64,000 nt of DNA from NCBI GenBank assembly GCA_043228905.1, contig JBHGNT010000006.1, positions 11,098,001-11,162,000 on the forward strand, read 5' to 3'. Positions 24,491 through 37,849 of the stretch are shown here, in pieces. Position 1 is the first letter of the stretch. Each line of letters begins with the position of its first letter. Below the pieces are notes generated by a model, which saw only the letters and a list, made by a program, of their open reading frames with translations, made no database searches and was not told the DNA's origin. The DNA comes from Azolla caroliniana (lineage: Eukaryota; Plantae; Polypodiophyta). The translations under genes were made by a program, and so were the position numbers.

Positions 24491-25433
24491 AGATGATTAT
24501 TTGTTTTATGTTAAGTATGGTGAAGATTTTCGATTTTGAATAATTTAAGGTTGGATTTTGTGACTGATTGATATGTTATTGTAAGTTTTAAGGGTAATGA
24601 TCAAGCTTATTTATTTGAAGATTTTGGTGCAGATTCCATGCGCCTTCCTCCTAGCGACCTTCACCGTCTGTGGCCGTGATTCCCTCGCCAACCCTAATTT
24701 GAAGCAGAATAGACACGAGCAAAGTGCGAAAAGAGAGAAAGGGGATTGATTGTACACACATCATACATGTGCGAAAAGAGAGAGAAGGGAAAAGTAGAGA
24801 CATGTCTGAAAAAACACAGAGAGGGGATTGTACCCAATCATGTCTTCTTCTTCTTCTTCCTCCTCTCCATCGTTTTGCACGCCCATCTTGATCCAACCCC
24901 ATCTCTCTCTCTCTCTCTCTCTCCCTCTGTGCTTCGTCTGCAGGCTTCCTGTCGGGCTGAACAGCAAGCAAGGTGGAGTGTGCGTTACATACTTAGCGCG
25001 GATGTGAGAGCAGTCCTCAGGTACACTCCCCCAAAGATACATGAACCAATGAATCTGTTGACGCACCTAATCTATAGTATCCATACTCTTCTGTGAAAAT
25101 AGATTGCATCTCTTTTTAAGCCTCATAGGAGGCTACAGTTCTGTTCTCTTCAAGAATGTATGTTGATCCGTTGAAATTTGTATCAGTTATGGATCTTATT
25201 TCCTATGTATCTTGACTCTGTGTGTACTGTCTCTGTACTAATAAATTAATCTTTCACTAATGATAACTCCTTGTTTTGCAGGCTGTCGAGCATTGGGCTT
25301 TTGACAGAGCAGTGCTGCCCATAGAAAACTCTCGTGGTGGAAGTATACATAGAAACCATGATTTATAACTCAGACACAGGCTTCATATTGTTGGTGACGT
25401 CCAGTTCTCCGAGCATCATTGTCTTCTTGGGTC

Positions 25434-25467
25434 TAGGGTTTAGGGTTTAGGGTTTAGGGTTTAGGGT
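25434..25467 (+). repeat. Interstitial plant telomere-like repeat (TTTAGGG) x~5
   Basis: Direct reading. Confidence 0.9.
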
Positions 25468-26375
25468 GGAAAAAAAGCAAGGATTTGAGGCTTGAGCTCT
25501 AGTAATTTACTTACCGTGAATTTATGGATTGCTTATTTCCATTTCCATGCAACTTGTACATGCATGTAAATCTAACATGAGATGTTTTGTATGAACAATC
25601 ATGTACGTTATCCCATCTTATTACTATTTTGATGTCATTTGGGATATGTTGCTCTCTTCTTCTTATCATCATGCCTTAAAGTAGAGATGAGATTTGCAGA
25701 TAATTGCTCCCTGATTAATGATTTGTAATGCTTCCTTTACTTGTCATTGTGTGTCATTTTAATCCCGTGTAATCTTGGTTCACTGTGGTAAAAGTTGGCC
25801 AATAGTATCACAATGCCTATCCATCCATATACATGTTCAATAACTTTCGTGAACTCTGAAAGCAAACCTACTTTGTAGTAGAGTATGTTGCAGAGATATG
25901 GATGTTTGTTATGGTTAAATTCTGATTGTGAAGGCAACAATCGTGGTGTCATGAAGAATCATCAAATAAACTTTCTCACTCCGCCTTGCTTGCTGTTCGG
26001 CCCCAATTTTGTTTTTCTAAAACTTTTTATAAAGCATTTTATCTATTTTAATGTTTCTTTTTACTTTTACTTCAATAAACAATATTGGACGGCCCTGATC
26101 GTCGACGATTCCCGAGACGAGTTCAGGGCCGTCCAAGCCCTAGATGCACGGGCTTTCACTATTTAATGATCTTATGTCAAGTGTAGTGACGAGACGACGG
26201 GGGATTGTACACACACACATGTGACATGTCTGAAAAGAGAGAGAGAGAGGGGGACAAATATTGACATGTCCGAAAAGAGAGAGAGAGAGAGAGGCCACAT
26301 GGCTCCAAAAGCACCATATCTTGATTGGCTTGATTTAAGGCCATTACTCAAGTAATATTTTCATTAAATGTAAAG

Positions 26376-26490
26376 GTGGCACGGTGCACCCTCTCTCTTG
26401 CTTTCACTATAGAACGGAGAGGGGAGCCTCTTCTATCTTCTCGGAGATTGTTGGTGTTTTGGGGTGGTCTTCTCGGCTTTGGTGGAGTTT

Positions 26491-26526
<36 letters not shown>

Positions 26527-27263
26527 TGTGGAAGCGATTGGTGTTCGTGGTCGTGGTTCATCGCTTGCATGCTCGTGTGCTCATCATTAGCTCATCGTTG
26601 CTAGTTGTGTGCGTGGTGTGCTTGTGGTACCTGCGATCATTGTTGGGATGTTCGTGCACTCGCCGTTTGTGGCTGGTGTGGTGGTGTTGCGAATTTGTGT
26701 GTTCGTGGTTTGGTGTTTGTGCATTTGAGTATGCTTGCTTGTATGGTCATTGTCATCGTGTTGGCGTGTGCGTGTTCGTATAGTCGTTGCTCGTGTGCTC
26801 GTCATGTCAGTGATTGTTGTGCTCGTGCTTGCTTGTTCGTGTGCTCATGCTCATCATGTTGGTGTTCACGTGCTCGTCATGTCGGTGATCGTATGCTAGG
26901 TATTCGGTGTGTGGCGTGCGGTGCTCGTACTCGGTGTTGGTGTGTTCATGTCCGCACGCCCGTGTGCATAATGCTTGAGTTTCATCGCTTGTGGTGTTCG
27001 TGTTCGTGGTCTCGGTTCGTCATTTCCGTAGTAGTGGGGTCGTCGTGCGTGATGTGGTTTGGTGCCCCTTTTCATGTGCTCGGTGTGCGGATCTCGCATT
27101 TGTGTGTCTGGGTCAGTGGCCCACAACATGCTCGTGTTCGTTGTTTATCGTGTTTGAGTGCTCGAGTGCTCGAGTGCTCTCCATTTGTGGCTCGTGCACT
27201 CACGAGTTTGGGTCTGATACTCGGGAGGTCATCAATTCAAAGGTGGGGGGTGCTCGTACGCGT
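26376..27263 (+). repeat. GT-rich low-complexity tract built on GTGCTCGT-like words, with a (CT)n run at ~26493-26523
   Basis: Strong strand-asymmetric composition; ends in a PPT-like AAAGGTGGGGGG. Confidence 0.7.
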
Positions 27264-27515
27264 TGTCGTGACATTTTCACACCACGATGAGAAAATAATC
27301 TCTACCGAATTAAAATATTTGTAAATGGTTGCTTAGCTAAGTGATAGCTAATAACTTGATAAGAATCAGTCACCACAGGATGATAATATTATGTGTAAAT
27401 AGCTAGTTGAAACTACCAAAAAACATAATGCCGAGTAAAATATTTTAAAGCTAAATACCAATTCAATCACATTTTGCCATTATCACTATCATGTATTTTA
27501 GCTATTAAAGCTATT

Positions 27516-30500
27516 GTGAAATGCACATAAGAGGTTGTTTGTTTGCGGATGGTACGGGGATGTAAACACCTAATGGACACCTAGTTGAGTTGCAACCGCA
27601 TTGAGGACGTCCCCATGGAACTGGCGGCCCTGATTAGATAAGAGTTGGACATGGCAACCATGCTGAAAAATTACCTTGTGCAAAAGTTGGGATGCAATTG
27701 TTGGCGCAGTAATGTCAGGGATGGCAACAGTTTCAGCCCATCTGGTGAGGTATTCTGTTATGACCAGGATATACTTGTTGCCACTGGGGGTTTCGGGAAA
27801 AGGTCCCATGAAATCCCATTCGACGAGCTCGAAAGGCGATGTGACGGTGATAAGTTGGAGCGTTCCGGCGGGCTTGCTCGCGGGTTTCATGGCGTCCCAA
27901 TTCCCTCCCGTCGCCGTCGAAGTCGATACCCCTATGCAATCTGAGTTCCCGCAACCTCTTGAGTGGCCACCCCCCTTCCAAATGGAGCAACTCCTGCAAC
28001 TCCTCTCCAACGCCATGCTTCAAATCAGCCACACGAACCATGCTATGCTCTCCTTCCTCTTCGCTACCAACAATCGGTCTCTAGATCGGCCAGATTCCAA
28101 GGTTCGCCCAAAGTCCTTCTCCGGCTTGCCCTTTGAGGACGTCTTAGCATGGTTGGATCACTTTGAGATGATCTCAAGTTACCACAAATGGTCTGACGAG
28201 CGCAAGGCTTTGGAAGTTCGCACCTTGCTCGAAAATGTCGTCGCCACTTGGTATGTACAACAAGCCAATGAAGTGACGGAGAACTGGGTGATCCTCCGGG
28301 ATCTCCTCGTGCAAAACTTCGCCCATCAAAATTCAGCCCAGACGGCATTGCAACAACTCGAGACGTTGTAACAGCAGGCGCACGAACCAGTAGGCCAATT
28401 TGGTGTTTGCCTAAATCAGCTCCTCGTCCGTGCCGATCCAACCATGCCCGAGCATGTCAAGCTTTTCTTCTTGTAAAGAATGAATGGTGATTCTTGTGTA
28501 GTGGAATAGATGTGTGTTATGTGCGTATATGTGTGAGAGAAGAAGAGTGGAAAGAAAAGAGAACTCAAGATAGATAAATGATAGGAAAATAGAATACTCA
28601 AGAAGAAGGTGTATATTTCACAAGTAGAATGAGATTTACAAAATGTAGCATAACAAGGAGTCACAACCGACTTGTATGAAGTATGAGGAGGGTGCTTTAT
28701 ATAGAGTCACCCTCTCTCTTCATTAACTTTACAACAATCACTCTCTCTCTTGGGGAATGTGAAGGCTCATAGTCATGGGGAATATGTAACTCATTAGTTA
28801 TGTGTCATAGAATATGATTCTATGACACATAGTTAATGTGTAGAGAGTAGTGGTGTGACTCTTGACTTTTGAGTAATCATGGATTCTCAAAAGGTGTGTT
28901 CACACGTTGTGCTATGTTGAGCTTGATTCTCAACACGCCCCCTCAAGCTCAACTCGGGTTGGTATCCAGTTCGGACGATCTCCGGTGTCCGCTCGGTATC
29001 TGGTTCTCGCTTTTACTCCCCCTCAAGCTTGGCAAGTCAAGGATCGTCAATCCAAGATTTGAGATGAATTGCCGAAGCTTGTCGGCTCCTAGGGCCTTCG
29101 TGAAGATGTCGGCCGTTTGAAGATTTGTATTCATGCGTTGAAGGTCAACATCTCCGGCTTGAACACGCTCCCGAATGAAGTGATAGTACACTTAGATATG
29201 CTTCGTGTGTGCATGGAACACCGGGTTCCGAGCCAGATAAATACTGCTCATTTTGTCGCAGTAAAGGGGAGTTGGATCCTTGATGGGAACACCCAGATCC
29301 TTCTAAATCCTCTTGAGCCATATGGCTTCACACGTAGCTATGGCTGCCCCCTTGTATTCCGCCTCCATACTCGAAAGAGTGACGATAGGCTGCTTCTTGC
29401 TACTCCATGAAATCGCTCCGCTGTTGAGGGAGAAGATAAATCCGGAGGTCAATCGTCTCGGCTTTGTAGCTAGCCCAATCCGCGTCTGTGTACCCTTCGA
29501 GTCATATTGGTGTGGCTGATGTGTAGAGAACGCTGTAATCCATTGTGCCACGCACGTAATGTAAAACTCGCTTAGCGTAATCCAAGTGAGTGTCGCGTGG
29601 TTTTTGCATGAATTGGCTGAGGAGTCCGACTAGATAGCTAAGGTCGGGTCGAGTGAACCTGAGGTAGATGAAGCTCCCGATCAGCTGACGATATTGAGTC
29701 GGATCACACTCGTTCGTGCCGGAGTCGGCATCTAGTTTGAGGTTTTTATCGAGAGGCGTAGCGATCGATTTGCACTCTGTCATCCCGAACTTGTATAATA
29801 GGTTGAGAATATAGTGCGGTTGAGAGATCATAATGCCGGCCGGAATCCGAATTACTTCGATGCCAAGGATGTAATGGAGCTCCTTCATGCTCGTCATCTC
29901 GAATTTTCATGAGAAGAGGGACTTGACCTTGTTGATGTCGACTAGACTTTCACCTCCAATGACCAGATCATCCACGTATATGATGATGAGAATTAAGCTT
30001 CTAGAGTCTTGTCGTACGTAGAGGGAGTTGTCGGATTTCGACATTCGAAAGCCGATTTGATGAAGCTAGTGCGTAGTCTTTGAATGCCAAGCACGCGGTG
30101 CTTGCTTAAGGCCGTAGAGTGGCTTCTTGAGTTGGCATACGACTTTTGGATGAATGCGCGATTCGAAGCCGGGTGGTTGTACAATGTAGATCTCCTCGTC
30201 TAATTCTTCTTGGAGAAAGGCGTTCTTGACGTCCATTTGGTGGAGGTGCCACCCTTTTGCCACTGCAAGTGCGATCACGGTCCGCACCATCGTCATCTTT
30301 GCCACCGTGGCAATGGTCTCTTCATAGTCGATGCCATGCGTTTGAGTGTATCCTTTCGCTACAAGTCGAGCTTTGTAGCGGTTTACGGAACCATCAACGT
30401 ATACTTCACCTTGTAGATCCATTTGCAACTGATTACCTTCTTGTGCGGTGAGTGGGGAACGAGATCCCATGTCTCGTTCTTGCGTAATGCATGCATCTCC

Positions 30501-33500
30501 TCATTCATTGCTTCGATCCATCGCGGCTTCGGAAAAGGTTTCCGGCTCCCGTACTGTTGCTACCTTCATCATAAAGGCGTAATGGTACGCCGTATAATCA
30601 TTGTAGCCGAATCAGCTTACGGGGTTCTTTTCACGGGTGGATCGGCGGAGCTTCTCGTTTGCAGATACTACAGCGTTCTCCGCTCCATTTGTCCAGATCT
30701 CAAGGCCTTCGAACTCACTATCGAGGGAGTGAGTTGATTCGTTGCCGTCGAAGTGATCGTCTTCATACTCCAGCATTTTCGTCTTCCCTTTGTCCATCTT
30801 TGGACTTGGCTGAGATGTCCTTTGATCGCTCGGGGGCTCTTGTGGCCCACTAAGTCTTGTCGTAATTGGGCTTTCTTTGAACATGTGCGTGAGTCGATCT
30901 TCGGCTTCTATCTCTATTTCGGCGGAATCCGGGTCGAGCGAAATCGAAGTCGAAGTTGTCTCTGGTGTGTACCAGGATGCGGACTCGTCGAAAACAATGT
31001 CTTGACTTATGCGAGATTTTCGAGTTGAGGGGTTGTAGCACTTGTACCCCTTTTTCTCCAGTGAGTATCCTACGAGGATACATTTCTCCGACTTCAGGTC
31101 TAGCTTTTGTCGCTTCTCGTCGGGGATGTGCACGTATGCAATGGAGCCAAATATTTGAACATGCGATAGGTCCGACTTCTTTCCGAAGAACTTCTCGCCC
31201 GGAGTAAGTTCGTGCACACCCGATGTCGTACACCGATTCATGAGATAGACGGCTGTGTTAGCTGCTTCCGCCCAATACGATTTCAGCATGTGCTTTTCGT
31301 TAAGCATAGCCCGTGCCACTTCGAGGATGTGCCTATTCTTGCGTTCGACCACTCTGTTTTGTTGTGGCATATGTCGACTCGAAAACTCTCGCCGTATACC
31401 TTCTTTCCGTAGAAACGCCGAAAATTTGTCGGAGAAGTACTCCTTGCCTCCATCCGACTGAAGACATCGTACATGTTGGCCTGTGGCTTTCTCGTCTTCA
31501 TTCTTGAGTTTTTGGAAGTGTCCAAAGACTTCGCTCTTTTGCTGCATCGGGTGAATCCAAGTGTGTCTAGAGAAGTCGTTGATGAAGGTCACGTAGTATC
31601 GGCTTCCGCCGAATGTTGCCGTCTGAGTCGGACCCCATACATCGGAATGAATTACGTCGAGTATGCCTTGGCTCACATTCCGCTACTTCGGAAATGGGTG
31701 CCGATGTTGCTTGCCGAATTGGCAAGCGGCACACACGCCTTCAATCTCTTTCTTCGCGAGTGTCGGGAGCCCGATAACGACTCCTTTCAATTGCATTTCC
31801 TTGAGCTTTTGGAGATTTATATGGCCAATCTGCTTGTGCCATAACTCTATGTCGGAATCGGCTTTCACGCCTTTCGCGAACATGGCCGATTTCATCTCAT
31901 GTGAGTCGAGAATGAACAGTCAGCCCTCTCTTCGTCCGCGAGCGATGAGTTGGCCCTCTTTTTCGATGAAGTAACCGCCTTGATTAAATCGTACTTGCAT
32001 TCCTTGCTCTACAATTTGGCCGAGGAGACCAAATTCTTTGTGATAGTTGGTACATGCAAGACATTTTTAATGTAAGTTTGCTTACCTTCTTCTCCGAACG
32101 GAACATTGTTGATGTGCCGAATCGGGTGCGTAGTGTCATCTCTGGTTTCGACATAGCCGGTTCAGTCCGGGCTCTCGAAGTTCTCGGAACCATTCTTGAT
32201 GTGATGTCATATGGTTCGAGGCACCAGAATCGACGAACCATACGTCTTCCGGACCGGAGGCACTAGTAGAAGTAGAGGCCGACATAGAATTCGCTCTATG
32301 TCTCATCACAAACATTCCGCCGCGATCATCATAATTGGAGTTGATGGCGTAGTTGGTGAGTTGTCGGCTAGTGGAAGTCGACTCACATATCTTCTTACGA
32401 CATTCTTCTTCGTGGTGACCAATTTTTCCGCAATATCCGCATTCGATCGAGCTTTGTCGGTTCGGACCGGAATGGAAGCTCCCCCTTCTTCCGAAGGTTC
32501 CTCAATGGCTTCCGTCTTGATGCCGAAATTGCGAGTTGTTTTCATAAATCGGGCCTTGTCCGCCTCGTCCACCACATCCTTGGCCGAATCGACCTCTTTT
32601 TGCACGACCGCGTCCTCTTCTTCCGTCCGAATGCGTGTAGAGCATTTGGCCTTCCGAGGCGTTTTTCCTTGTTCGAACATGATTCTCTTTAACCAACAAC
32701 ATGGATTGAAGATTGAAGAAGGAAGGCAGATTCTCCCGTGCTAGTACGACGGTCCGCATCATGCCGAATCGTGGTGCAAGGCTGCCGAGGCATATTCTCA
32801 CCATCTCATCATTATCCACATTGACGCTTATCGAGCCGAGCGAGTCGCAAAGCTCCTTGATCTTCAAGGTGTATCTTGTAACGGACATATCCCGTTGTTG
32901 AATGTTATTCAACACTTCTTGGCGGAGTTGAAGCTTTCTCGCAGTTGTGGTTGCGGCAAAAATCTTTCGTAGATTCTCCCACGCTTCCTTCGGTGTCTCG
33001 GCTTCTCGAATGTAGCCGAGCATATGGTCGTGAACACATGTCGCCAAGCAATACATCACTCGGCTTGCCGCTCGCTCCCACGTTGCATAGTTGGTGTCTT
33101 CCAACTTGGGTCGGTTTTCTTGTGCTCCCTTGATGTAACCCCAATAGCCTTGGCCGACAAGGTATTGGTGCATCTTGTACTCCCAAAATGCGAAGTTGTT
33201 TCAATCCAATTTCTCGCTTGGGAGAGCGCTCCCCATTTGAGTATTCATTGTCGATTAAGCTTCCTTTTTCTTTTCCTTCTCTCTCGAACACGAGCTATGT
33301 AGTGGTACTACGATAGCGATGAGCCGGTTCTTCTTGAAAGTCGGCGTAGAGTGCAACACACGATCACGATGAGGCGAGTGGGCTCGATCGAGCTACCAAA
33401 TCGCTCTGATACCATGTAAAGAATGAATGGTGATTCTTGTGTAGCGGAATAGATGTGTGTTATGTGCGTATATGTGTGAGAGAAGAAGAGTGGAGAGAAA

Positions 33501-35152
33501 GGAGAACTCAAGATAGATAAATGATAGGAAAATAGAATACTCAAGAAGAAGGTGTATATTTCACAAGTAGAATGAGATTTACAAAATGTAGCATAACAAG
33601 GAGTCACAACCGACTTAGTATGAAGTATGAGGAGGGTGCTTTATATAGAGTCACCCTCTCTCTTCATTAACTTTACAACAACCACTCTCTCTCTTGGGGA
33701 ATGTGAAGGCTCATAGTCATGGGGAATATGTAACTCATTAGTTATGTGTTATAGAATATGATTCTATGACACATAGTTAATATGTAGAGAGTAGTGGTGT
33801 GACTCTTGACTTTTGAGTAATCATGGATTCTCAAAAGGTTTGTTCACACATTGTGCTATGTTGAGCTTGATTCTCAACACTTCTTATGGCCCTGTCTGCG
33901 CCCTGATATCACTCGCCATGCCCGCGACCAAGGTCCCAAGACCTTCAATGATGTGATCCTCATTGCCCAACGAATCGAAGCTTGTACGCATTGACGTTAA
34001 TGCCGGAAATGGCAACCATAATCTCACAACCAGCAAGCCCAGATAACCATGGCTGACGCAACATGGTTGGCCGAGCTTCCGGGAATCTAACTTCCGGGGT
34101 ACTGATAGAAGAGCCAGCCCCCCACGTCCAAGCGTCCGCCTCTTCTAGTTCACAGGTATGCACCGCTCTCGCCACCATTAATCACTCCACACACACCATC
34201 CTATTAGACTCTGGTAGTAGTATCTCTTCAATTAGCACTGCCTTAGTTCACCAATTAGGCCTCCCCACAACCACCGCTCCTTCTGTCCAAGTCCTTTTTG
34301 GCTATCACCATCATCTATACCACTCTCGCACGCAAGCCCACTGCACCGTTACCTTAGGCACTCTCACATTCTCACACCACTTTTATGTCTTGCCCCACGA
34401 ACTCCCCCCCCTCACCTTGGGTTGTGATTGATTTCGATGCTCACAAACTGATTGTCCCACAAGCTCCCCCTATCCCCCTCCTACACGATAGCCCCCATGT
34501 CCCCCACCTCAGCCAAGTCCAGGTGGCCCTCAGTCCCAAGGAGTGGTTAATCTTCGTCCGCCAATTGTTAGCTCGTTTTCCGTCACTAGCCCCCCAACCC
34601 ATGCATGCCGCTACTGTCTCTTTCCCGGTACAACATGTCATTCGTACCGGGGACGCCGCTCCCATCCGCATGGCTACACGCCGACGTTCCCCCCTCGACC
34701 ACAATCACATCGATGCTGCCATCACCGATATGGTCACCAAAGGTATTATCATTCCTTCCACCAACGATTGGGTTTCAGAACCCCACCTCGTCAAGAAGGA
34801 TAATGACAACTTCTGCTTCTGCATCAACTTTAGGCCTCTCAACAAAGTGACGATCCATGACCTCTACCCGCTCCCTCATGTGGACAACCTCTTGGACCAG
34901 CTCGGGGGCTCCCGTTATTTCACCTCCCTTGACTTAGCCTTGGGATATTGGCAAATCCTCTTAAAGCCGTCTGACGCCCACAAGACCGCATTCCGCACAT
35001 GACGCGGGCTATTCCAGTTCACCCGCATGCCGTTTGGTTTGTCTGATGCCGACAACACATTCCAACACATGGCAAACTCCATCTTTGCCGGTCTTATCAG
35101 TAAAGATGTCCTCCTCGTTTATCTCGACGACATCCTTATCCACACACCACAT
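27516..35152. mobile_element. LTR-less Ty3/gypsy fragment: inverted integrase core (27516-27888, minus) fused to gag-protease-RT (27889-35150, plus); interrupted by a copia
   Basis: Integrase DFMGPFPETPSGNKYILVITEYLTRWAE; gag KVRPKSFSGLPFEDVLAWLDHFE; protease ILLDSGSS; RT YPLPHVDNLLDQLGGSRYFTSLDLALGYWQI, MPFGL, VYLDDILI. The gag frame rejoins across the copia insertion (HVKLFF|LWP). Confidence 0.85.
28472..33879 (-). mobile_element. Full-length degenerate Ty1/copia LTR retrotransposon
   Basis: LTRs 28472-28935 and 33415-33879; 5-bp TSD CTTCT; PBS TGGTATCAGAGC (tRNA-iMet) 33403-33414; PPT at 28936-28947; gag-PR-INT-RT-RH order with frameshifts and stops. Confidence 0.96.
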
Positions 35153-37788
35153 TATTATTCACTTTTAGAGCCAAATACCTATTATCAACTGATTGTGCTA
35201 TTATCACTATGAGGTATTTTAGCTATTAAATCTATTACCCACTTTTAAAGCTAAATACCTATTCGACGAACATTTTTGCTATTATCACTATCATGTATTT
35301 TAGCTATTAAAGTTATTACCCACTAATGTAGATGCCTCTTATGCATGGGTAACACTTGGCACTCATGCACCCACCTTCCTCATGTATAAAAGGGGGGGTG
35401 AGTAATCTTATCAAAGGGGGGGGATACATAAGTGAATTACTATTGTAATAAGATAGGCAAGAAATACTATTGTAATCATCTTGGGATAATCAATACAAGC
35501 TATTTCGTTTCTCCTCTTTCTTTGACAAGAAGCTTGGTGATTACTTCTCGGATTCACAACTTTCTTTTCCATTGCACGCGTACGCCGTGATCAACATCAC
35601 AGTGGTGAATCCGACGTGAAATAGGAAAGTTAAGAGAGATGGAGAACCAACAAGCAGTCCCGGAGCCACGAATCAACCAAGAAGCTTTTGTGGAGCCAAA
35701 AATCAAAGTGGTGTTGCAAATGATTGAAAGAATGATGCAAACCCAAGAATGTGCAATTGCTCTTCAACGAATCGATCATGCTATTGACAAGCTTGTAGAG
35801 AAAATAGGACTCTTTGAAGGTAAAAATATATCTAAATTCTTACATGTATATGTTACTAAGATGGGAAGTGTAAAACGTCCAACACGATGTTCAAATGAAT
35901 TTTGTGAGGATGGTTGAACTCCCTTTGAGAAATAGAGTCTTTGAACTCGCAACAAGTTCTAATGATTGGGTTGCATTCGAACAAGCTTTATTAAATGAAT
36001 ACATTCTTGGTGATACAAATCGAGCATCAAGGAGGAGTTTCCTGGATTGGGTGGACAAAGAGGAAAAGAAGATTTTGGTGATAGAGTTGTTGAAAGAATT
36101 TGAAGCTCAGTATAACCAATTAACAACGACCAAAAGGACTCTTTTGGAACCAGAGAAGGTCATATTACTCTTGAAGGCATCAGACCGATCCTACGGAGAA
36201 AATTAGTTGCATTTCTTCATGATTGGACTACACCCACTGGTTTAGTGTCCGATTGGAATCGAGTACATGAAGCCTGCAACAAAATCAATAAAAGAGCCCA
36301 ATGGTGTGAATATCTTTCGATTGTTGGGGGTATGAACAAAATTAGTTCTCGAGATGAAGTGAAGACAACCACTAGGGAGGATACTAGGAGTTCATAAACT
36401 ATTTCCAAGGTACCTGTAAGAGTGATGGACGATCTTATCAAAGGTATAAAAGGTCTTTCATTACCAGTTGCAAGGCTACAAGAAGAAAAATCCTCATAGC
36501 CCCAAAAGGATTATGAAAGAAGATGGATATGGTGTGATAACATCAACCATTCATGAGGAGGGCGTGATAACTATCAAGAAGCGATAGACAGAGGAGTGAT
36601 AGTCTTCAAGGATGGTAAGATTCATTCTTCTAAAACTCGATTACCTCTCCGAACTAACTTTAGAAGAGGTGGTATGAGAAGGATCATGGAAGGTGCGGAA
36701 ACAAATAGGGCACAAGCTATCTATCAACCAACAATTGAAGTCATCCATGTTCAAGGTGAAGGAGGATCTAAATCTGAATTTTGGCCATGTATTTCAAAAG
36801 CTGCAAGAAAGGGTAAAATCGAGTTTAAAAAGCTGAAGTTTGGAGGTGATGTTGTCTGAAGCAATACTGGATGGTAAGATCTTGTGGATGTCCTCTCACC
36901 TTTCGCAAGGATAGCAACAAGCCAAGCCCATGAAGTGATCATGGAAGAGAAACGAAGAAGGGCAGAAAATGAAGATAAGAAGAAGTGGGAGCTCAGAAGC
37001 TTGAAAAAGAGGGAGACGGAAAATCTGAAAATGGTATGCCTTGATGTTGAAAAAAATAAGGATAAGAAAAGTCCCTCATTCAAATTATTATCAGATATTG
37101 ACGCTTCATCTAATTTAAAAAAGTATTGGAAGAAAGAATATTAGATAGCAAAGTGGAGCTTTCCTTGAGGGAGCTTTTGGGCATAACTAAAAAATAATTT
37201 CATGATGTAATAATAGATGGGATTAAAAGAAAATGGCAAAGTATTGAAGCCATTGAAAACCTAGGCAGTGAGGTGAAGAAATCAACGGTGGAAGTCATCA
37301 AAGGTGAACCAAGCTCCTCCATTGTTGGTACACAAGCTATTGTGACGACAACTTTTGAAGAGAAGTTGAAAGAACTAAAAAACTACTATGCTAAGAAACA
37401 TTGGGCAAGAGCAACAACCGAGACACCCGTGAAGAGTGGAAACCTTGAAGATCTGGAACATGGATGGAGGGTAAAATCAACTAATTCAACGACTGAGGAA
37501 CTTTATGGAGCTTGCCTGAACATCAAAGTCACCATTGGAGATGTGCCAATGGAGCAACATTTCGTTATCCAGAAGACCTCGTCATACCCAATGATTCTTG
37601 GTCAACTACATCACATCTTCTAGGATAGAGACGAATGTGCTTGAAGATGGCTCGACATATGCAAAGATTCGAAGTATCAATGGTAAAAGGAGTGTTCAAC
37701 TTCTTACTGTTAGGCAAGTCTAGCATGATAGAAATAAAGAAGAATTACGAATTAATTCATGTGGGTATGATATGTCATCTTATGAGTC

Positions 37789-37849
37789 AGATTTTTAAAT
37801 AGGATCATTGATGGGCAGGGACACAATGGTCCCAAAGCTTTCCTTGCCC
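37789..37849 (+). promoter_or_regulatory. Candidate -1 frameshift signal with H-type pseudoknot (element D)
   Basis: A_GAU_UUU_UAA, 6-nt spacer, stem 1 GGAUCAUUG/CAAUGGUCC; loop GGGCAGGGA is complementary to downstream UCCUUGCCC. Confidence 0.65.

Larger units (their letters stand above)
15204..24560 (+). mobile_element. Mutator-like (MULE) DNA transposon carrying a Ulp1-like protease gene and a deleted transposase; termini not identified, boundaries approximate
   Basis: Ulp1/C48 gene at 21.1-22.1 kb; MULE-type transposase motif WPKFGR...DTTNPVERHW at 23.9 kb; several internal tandem arrays; interrupted by gypsy element A. Confidence 0.65.

Noticed and set aside
25434-25467. Chromosome end or fusion scar
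   Set aside because: Only ~5 units, and similar TTTAGGG/telobox clusters recur inside TE-derived sequence at 16.1 and 54.3 kb
26085-26143. Helitron 3' end
   Set aside because: The hairpin is much longer and closer to CTAG than canonical, CTAG is not followed by T, and no Rep/helicase is present
26605-27324. 239-aa Cys/Val-rich ORF
   Set aside because: A by-product of GT-rich low-complexity sequence lacking stop codons; no recognisable domain
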